A stretch of DNA of 64,000 bases, taken from an uncultured Alphaproteobacteria bacterium (GTDB lineage Bacteria; Pseudomonadota; Alphaproteobacteria; Methylaequorales; Methylaequoraceae). The stretch is from assembly GCA_902595755.1 (NCBI GenBank), contig CACJRF010000001.1, positions 1,447 through 65,446 of the forward strand. Reading direction: 5' to 3'. The notes below the pieces were generated by a model. The model saw only the letters and a list, made by a program, of their open reading frames with translations, made no database searches and was not told where the DNA came from. Position 1 is the first letter of the stretch. Every line of letters starts with the position of its first letter. Made by a program: the position numbers and the translations under genes. This document shows, piece after piece, positions 59,405 to 64,000 of the stretch.

Positions 59405-60328
59405 ATGACGTTTCGTAAACATTTCACTTCTTTACTTTTATTGCTAATTTCTTTTTTTGCAACAAAATCATTCTCTTTTAATTTAGAAGAAGTTGCAGAT
59501 AAAATTTATGTACATTTTGGTTTTCAAGAAGATGCTAACAAAATTAATAAAGGGGACATATCAAATATTGGATTTATTGTAGGAGATAAATCCGTCCTAG
59601 TAATTGATACTGGAGGAACTCCAAGTATTGGTGAGGCCTTGTATAAAAAAATAAATGATATTTCGGGTCTTCCAATTTCTTATGTTGTTATAACCCACTC
59701 TCATCCTGATCATTACTTTGGTACAAATGTATTTATAAACGAATCAATAGATATAATTGGTCACAGTAAGCTTCAAAGATCCCTTGATGCTAATTTTGAG
59801 TTTTATAAAAATCTTCAATTAGTAAATACTAGAGATCAATCAGTTAAAGAGTTTAAAAATTTTAAGATTACAAAAATTGTTAATATTGATAAGAATTTAA
59901 CCATTGATTTAGGTAATAGAATCATTGAAATAAAAGCTTGGCCAAGTGGACATACTGATAATGATTTATCAATTTTTGATAAAAAAACCAGAACACTATG
60001 GACTGAAAATATTTTTATTAGAAGAACTCCATCAATTCGAGCAAGTGTAAAGGGGTGGAAAAAAAACCTCGAAGAAACCAGTAAAATGGATCTAAATTTA
60101 ATCATTCCTGGTCATGGTCCCGTTAAGAAAAAAAATGAAGCCTTAAAACCAATGTTGTCTTATTTCAATCGTTTAATAGATAACACTAGAAAGTTTCATA
60201 AAAATAATCTTTCTTTGTCAAAAGCAATAGAAAAATTTCCCTCAGAAAATATTGAAAGTTGGCTTCTTTATAATATTTATCACCCATCTAACATTACAAA
60301 GGTTTATACCGAATTAGAATGGGAGTAA
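59405..60328 (+). CDS. secreted metallo-beta-lactamase-fold hydrolase
   Basis: Signal peptide and HxHxDH motif (THSHPDH), later GHT and GHG. Confidence 0.8.
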   Translation: MTFRKHFTSLLLLLISFFATKSFSFNLEEVADKIYVHFGFQEDANKINKGDISNIGFIVGDKSVLVIDTGGTPSIGEALYKKINDISGLPISYVVITHSHPDHYFGTNVFINESIDIIGHSKLQRSLDANFEFYKNLQLVNTRDQSVKEFKNFKITKIVNIDKNLTIDLGNRIIEIKAWPSGHTDNDLSIFDKKTRTLWTENIFIRRTPSIRASVKGWKKNLEETSKMDLNLIIPGHGPVKKKNEALKPMLSYFNRLIDNTRKFHKNNLSLSKAIEKFPSENIESWLLYNIYHPSNITKVYTELEWE

Positions 60329-60363
60329 TTTAACAAATTTCCACTATTGACGTTAATATAATA

Positions 60364-60519
60364 ATGTTAACGAATTTTTTTGAATTTTTAATTTATTTGA
60401 ATATTATTCTGTCTATTTCTATTCTTATTTTCGTTATTATTTCTAAAGGCAGAGAGCCAGAAAAATTTCCAGATAATTTTTCTAAAAAATATGTAATTAA
60501 ATCACAAATTAAAATTTAA
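60364..60519 (+). CDS. 51-aa putative membrane peptide (not in ORF track)
   Basis: Hand translation MLTNFFEFLIYLNIILSISILIFVIISKGREPEKFPDNFSKKYVIKSQIKI, with one hydrophobic helix. Confidence 0.3.
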   Translation: MLTNFFEFLIYLNIILSISILIFVIISKGREPEKFPDNFSKKYVIKSQIKI

Positions 60520-60570
60520 AAAAAATTTAAAAATTGTTTACTAAATTATAATAGTTACTAAATTAACATT

Positions 60571-60744
60571 ATGAAAAAGATAAATGATTTTGAAAAAATT
60601 GAAATACTCGAGGATAAAATTGATAAATTACAAAGATCAGTGAATAAATTAGAAAAAAAACTTTCTGATCACATCAAATTTATAGATAAGGTATATGAGC
60701 CCCTAAGAAACCCAATTTCAAAAATTAAAAATTTATTTGGTTAA
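60571..60744 (+). CDS. 57-aa coiled-coil-like hypothetical protein (not in ORF track)
   Basis: Hand translation MKKINDFEKIEILEDKIDKLQRSVNKLEKKLSDHIKFIDKVYEPLRNPISKIKNLFG. The 3' end overlaps the next ORF by 8 nt. Confidence 0.4.
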   Translation: MKKINDFEKIEILEDKIDKLQRSVNKLEKKLSDHIKFIDKVYEPLRNPISKIKNLFG

Positions 60745-61084
60745 TGAATTGCTATTTTTAATTAAAGTTATTTTTTCGGCCATAATATTATCTTTTGCAA
60801 GTTGGTTATCTTTTAAAAAGCCAGTACTAGCAGGTTTTATTGTCTCTCTCCCATTAGTTAGCCTTATCACAATTCTCTTCTCATATGCCGAATATAAAGA
60901 TATTGATAAAACAGTGAGTTTTGCAAAAAGTATTTTTATTGGTGTTCCAATTTCCCTGCTATTCTTTTTACCTTTTCTTTTCTCAAAACAGTTAAATCTT
61001 AGTTTTTCTCAAGCTTATTTATCAGGTATAATTATTCTAATAGTTGGTTATTTTATACATAAAAATATTACAAATTTATTGTGA
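60737..61084 (+). CDS. small polytopic membrane protein (TTG start)
   Basis: 115 aa, 3-4 hydrophobic helices. Only TTG starts are available near the 5' end. Confidence 0.55.
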   Translation: MVNELLFLIKVIFSAIILSFASWLSFKKPVLAGFIVSLPLVSLITILFSYAEYKDIDKTVSFAKSIFIGVPISLLFFLPFLFSKQLNLSFSQAYLSGIIILIVGYFIHKNITNLL

Positions 61085-61220
61085 TACAAAATGTACGAGT
61101 TTTTTAGATTGATAATTTATACTTCTTTACTAATAACACTAACATCAATCTTATTTTTTTTTTTTAAATAATGTTTGTAATTTAAAAGAATAATTTTTTT
61201 TGATAAAATTAAAAATAATC

Positions 61221-61676
61221 ATGGAAAAAATTTATATAGATTACGGTAAAAGAATTAATAGCGCTATATTAAATGTTGTAAGAGAAATTTTAAAAGATTT
61301 ATCTAAATCAAAAATATCTTCTCATCATTGTTTCTATATTACTTTTAAAACAAAATCTAAGGGTATCAAAATACCCTCAAAATTTTTAAAAGAGTACCCA
61401 GATGAGATGACAATTGTTTTACAAAATCAGTATTGGAACCTTAAAGTAGAAGCTAAAAAGTTTTCAGTAACTCTTCTCTTCAATAAGAAAAAGGAAACTC
61501 TTGAAGTTCCCTTTGATTCTGTAGTAAAGTTTTATGATCCATTTGTGAAATTCAGTATTCAATTAGAATTGAGGAAAAGTAAAAATAGTAAACGAAATAT
61601 TAACAGTAAAAAGCCTGAAAAAAATAAGAAAAGTAAAGAAAAAATAATAACTTTAGACGACTTTAGAAAAAAATGA
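61221..61676 (+). CDS. sspB: SspB-type ClpXP adaptor (alphaproteobacterial form)
   Basis: IDYGKRINSAILNVVREIL...HHCFYITFKT...YPDEMTIVLQNQYWNLKV...FSVTLLF pattern of SspB, plus a basic C-terminal tail ending LDDFRKK. ATG 61221 preferred over TTG 61200. Confidence 0.78.
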   Translation: MEKIYIDYGKRINSAILNVVREILKDLSKSKISSHHCFYITFKTKSKGIKIPSKFLKEYPDEMTIVLQNQYWNLKVEAKKFSVTLLFNKKKETLEVPFDSVVKFYDPFVKFSIQLELRKSKNSKRNINSKKPEKNKKSKEKIITLDDFRKK

Positions 61677-63064
61677 ATAAGTATAGAAGAGAAAAAGACA
61701 GTATTGGAACTATTAAAGTTTCTAATCAAAGAATATGGGGTGCACAAACCCAAAGAAGCCTTGAAAACTTTGAAATTGGGAATGAAAAAATGCCCGTAGA
61801 GTTAATCAAAGCATTCGCAATTCAAAAAAAAGCATCAGCCATAAGTAATGTTGCAATTGGTAAGTTAGAAAAAAAAATTGGTGAAAAAATAATTGATGCA
61901 TGCGACAAAATTATTAATGGGGAGTTAGATGATGAATTTCCGTTAAGTGTTTGGCAAACAGGTTCTGGCACTCAAACAAATATGAATTTGAATGAAGTTA
62001 TTGCTAATTACGCAAACAAAAGTCTAGGAGAAAAATTAGGTGAATATAAAAAGGTACATCCAAATGACCATTGTAATATGGGACAATCCTCAAACGATTC
62101 CTTTCCGACTGCTATGCATATTTCAATAGTTTTAGAAACTAATAAAAATTTATTAAAAAAAATTGACAACTTTATAAACATTTTAGAGAAAAAAGAAAAA
62201 GAATTTCAAAATATAATAAAAGTTGGAAGAACTCATCTTCAAGATGCAACTCCCATATCTGTTGGACAAGAATTTGGAACTTATGTATCGCAAATTAAAA
62301 ATGCAAAAAAAAGAGTGAAATATAGTTTAAAGGAATTAATGATGTTAGCTCAGGGTGGTACTGCTGTTGGAACTGGTTTAAACACCTCAAAAAAATTTAT
62401 CTCAGGTTTTATCAAAGCAGTACAAATGATTACTGGATTACCATTTAAAGAATCTCAAAATAAATTTGAGTCTATATCATCTCATGAGCCAATATTAAAT
62501 TTTTCTGGTGCGCTTAATACATTGATCGTTGCGTGCTATAAAATATGTAATGACATTAGATTTCTTGGTTCAGGACCACGCTCAGGAATTGGTGAATTGA
62601 TTCTTCCTTCAAATGAACCAGGGTCATCAATTATGCCTGGAAAGATTAATCCTACTCAATGTGAATCAATGTCTCAAGTATGTATTTATCTTCTAGGCCT
62701 TCAATCATCAATTTCAATTGCATGTAGCCAAGGACACTTTCAATTAAATGCCAATAAAACATTTTTAATTTTTGCTGCATTAAAAACAATAACGCTTCTA
62801 TCAGACTCCATTAAATCTTTTACAAATAACTGTCTAAAAAATATTAAAGTTAATAAAAAAAAGATAGATCATAACCTTGAAAACTCTTTAATGTTAGTTA
62901 CGGCCTTAAACCCAAAGTTAGGTTATGATAAATCTGCTGAAATAGCAAAAAAAGCATTTAAAGATGATATTACACTTAAACAATCTGCTATTGAACTTGG
63001 ATATTTAAGTGAAGATGAGTTTGATTTAATAATTGATCCTAAACAAATGACAAAAATATCTTAA
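61673..63064 (+). CDS. fumC: class II fumarate hydratase
   Basis: Signature GSSIMPGKINP, 463 aa. 4-nt overlap with sspB. Confidence 0.95.
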   Translation: MNKYRREKDSIGTIKVSNQRIWGAQTQRSLENFEIGNEKMPVELIKAFAIQKKASAISNVAIGKLEKKIGEKIIDACDKIINGELDDEFPLSVWQTGSGTQTNMNLNEVIANYANKSLGEKLGEYKKVHPNDHCNMGQSSNDSFPTAMHISIVLETNKNLLKKIDNFINILEKKEKEFQNIIKVGRTHLQDATPISVGQEFGTYVSQIKNAKKRVKYSLKELMMLAQGGTAVGTGLNTSKKFISGFIKAVQMITGLPFKESQNKFESISSHEPILNFSGALNTLIVACYKICNDIRFLGSGPRSGIGELILPSNEPGSSIMPGKINPTQCESMSQVCIYLLGLQSSISIACSQGHFQLNANKTFLIFAALKTITLLSDSIKSFTNNCLKNIKVNKKKIDHNLENSLMLVTALNPKLGYDKSAEIAKKAFKDDITLKQSAIELGYLSEDEFDLIIDPKQMTKIS

Positions 63065-64000
63065 TCAAGAAATAGGTCAAATAGTTTTTCCGTATTTAAT
63101 TCCTTAATTGGATTGTCTTTGAGAATTTTATCGATAGATTTAGGATTGATAATTATTTTTTTTCTTTTACCAATTAAATTGTCAATTCCCTTTTTTAATA
63201 AAACAGCTTTAACTTTATCGAAATCATAAGTGACTTTATAGTTCTCAAAATTACCATTCAGAAAAACTGAGAACTGTGGTAATGACGGGAATTTTTTTGT
63301 TTTTAATGATATTTTATTATCTGCATTTAAATCTTTAGAAATGATATTATAATCACCAGACGATCTGATTTTAATAACTTCATTTCTAGTTTCAAAGTCA
63401 CTTATACTTAATTTATTATTTGACAATTTAAATTTAAAAAACATTGTTTCTAATTGTGTATCCCCCCCAAATTTTTTGAGGTTAAATAAATTAAAGAAAT
63501 CTTGAAAAGTATTAATATTGTCTACTTTGGATATGATATTTTTTACATCAATTCCACTTATTGCTAAATTATTTGATTTGCAAATACCTTTATTTATTGA
63601 AAAATTTTTAAGTGATTTTTTTTTTACCGAATTATCAAATTTATAATCCATATTACATGTAAAAATTGCTTTCTTAATTTTAAATTTACTTTTTGGCTGA
63701 AAAAAACTTTCATCAATCAATAAATCCTGTGTGTTTATTTTCCCATTTAATTTTTTTGAAATTAAATTATACTTACCCTCTAATTTAAGCCTTGAATTCA
63801 GGTAATTTGATATGAAATTTTTGATAAAAAGATTATTATCTTTAAAAATAATTTGAAAAGTCGTAAATTCTAAAGGCTTATCTTTAAAATTTATTTTTGC
63901 TATATCAACATCAAATTTTGCTTCTAATAAGTGATTTTTGGTATTATTAACTAATTGGTAGTTAGAATTTTTTAAATTATTTAATTTTGATAACAGTATA
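63061..64000 (-). CDS. large hypothetical protein, C-terminal part (N-terminus beyond window end)
   Basis: The track start (TTG 63720) is an artefact. I translated the same frame without stops up to base 63999. Lys/Asn-rich beta-type sequence, function not recognised. Confidence 0.55.
   Translation of the reverse strand, partial: ILLSKLNNLKNSNYQLVNNTKNHLLEAKFDVDIAKINFKDKPLEFTTFQIIFKDNNLFIKNFISNYLNSRLKLEGKYNLISKKLNGKINTQDLLIDESFFQPKSKFKIKKAIFTCNMDYKFDNSVKKKSLKNFSINKGICKSNNLAISGIDVKNIISKVDNINTFQDFFNLFNLKKFGGDTQLETMFFKFKLSNNKLSISDFETRNEVIKIRSSGDYNIISKDLNADNKISLKTKKFPSLPQFSVFLNGNFENYKVTYDFDKVKAVLLKKGIDNLIGKRKKIIINPKSIDKILKDNPIKELNTEKLFDLFLD

Noticed and set aside
61090-61170. 26-aa ORF MYEFFRLIIYTSLLITLTSILFFFFK
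   Set aside because: Too short, ends in a poly-T-derived Phe run, and has no SD. Likely spacer sequence.

Overview
Strongly AT-rich, very gene-dense window. Most neighbouring genes overlap or are separated by a few nt. The gene content points to a streamlined alphaproteobacterium, most like SAR11/Pelagibacterales (inference, no database search possible): a circularly permuted two-piece tmRNA, glyQ/glyS, thyX, an SspB-type adaptor, ispB plus an ABC1 kinase plus a COQ9-like gene, and hflKC-degP. Bases 1-52,100 are core housekeeping: glmS-glmU, sua5, the dcd-murA-hisGD-infA-maf run, a glycosyltransferase/AsnB cluster, glyQS, a ubiquinone trio, cytochrome c, apt, and a 14.6-kb co-directional run hflKC-degP-miaA-ilvIHC-leuA-mreBCD-mrdA-rodA. 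Two tRNAs sit 4 and 8 nt upstream of the next start codon. The most unusual region is 52.1-54.8 kb. About 59 nt of the tmRNA gene 3' end, including its terminator, is repeated four times in direct orientation. These copies delimit three tandem att-flanked mini-elements (883, 1126 and 365 bp). The elements have conserved structured ends, phased direct repeats and only small secreted or lipoprotein cargo. None carries an integrase. Other candidates: an orphan ExbB/ExbD-like proton-channel module with a non-canonical periplasmic domain (32.2-34.7 kb); an envelope operon (TupA-like binding protein, lipoprotein, OMP, MORN protein) ending in a 24-codon ORF with a 13-nt perfect Shine-Dalgarno; and a Zur/cupredoxin divergent pair. 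All functional calls rest on motifs read by eye from the translations. No searches or structure predictions were run.
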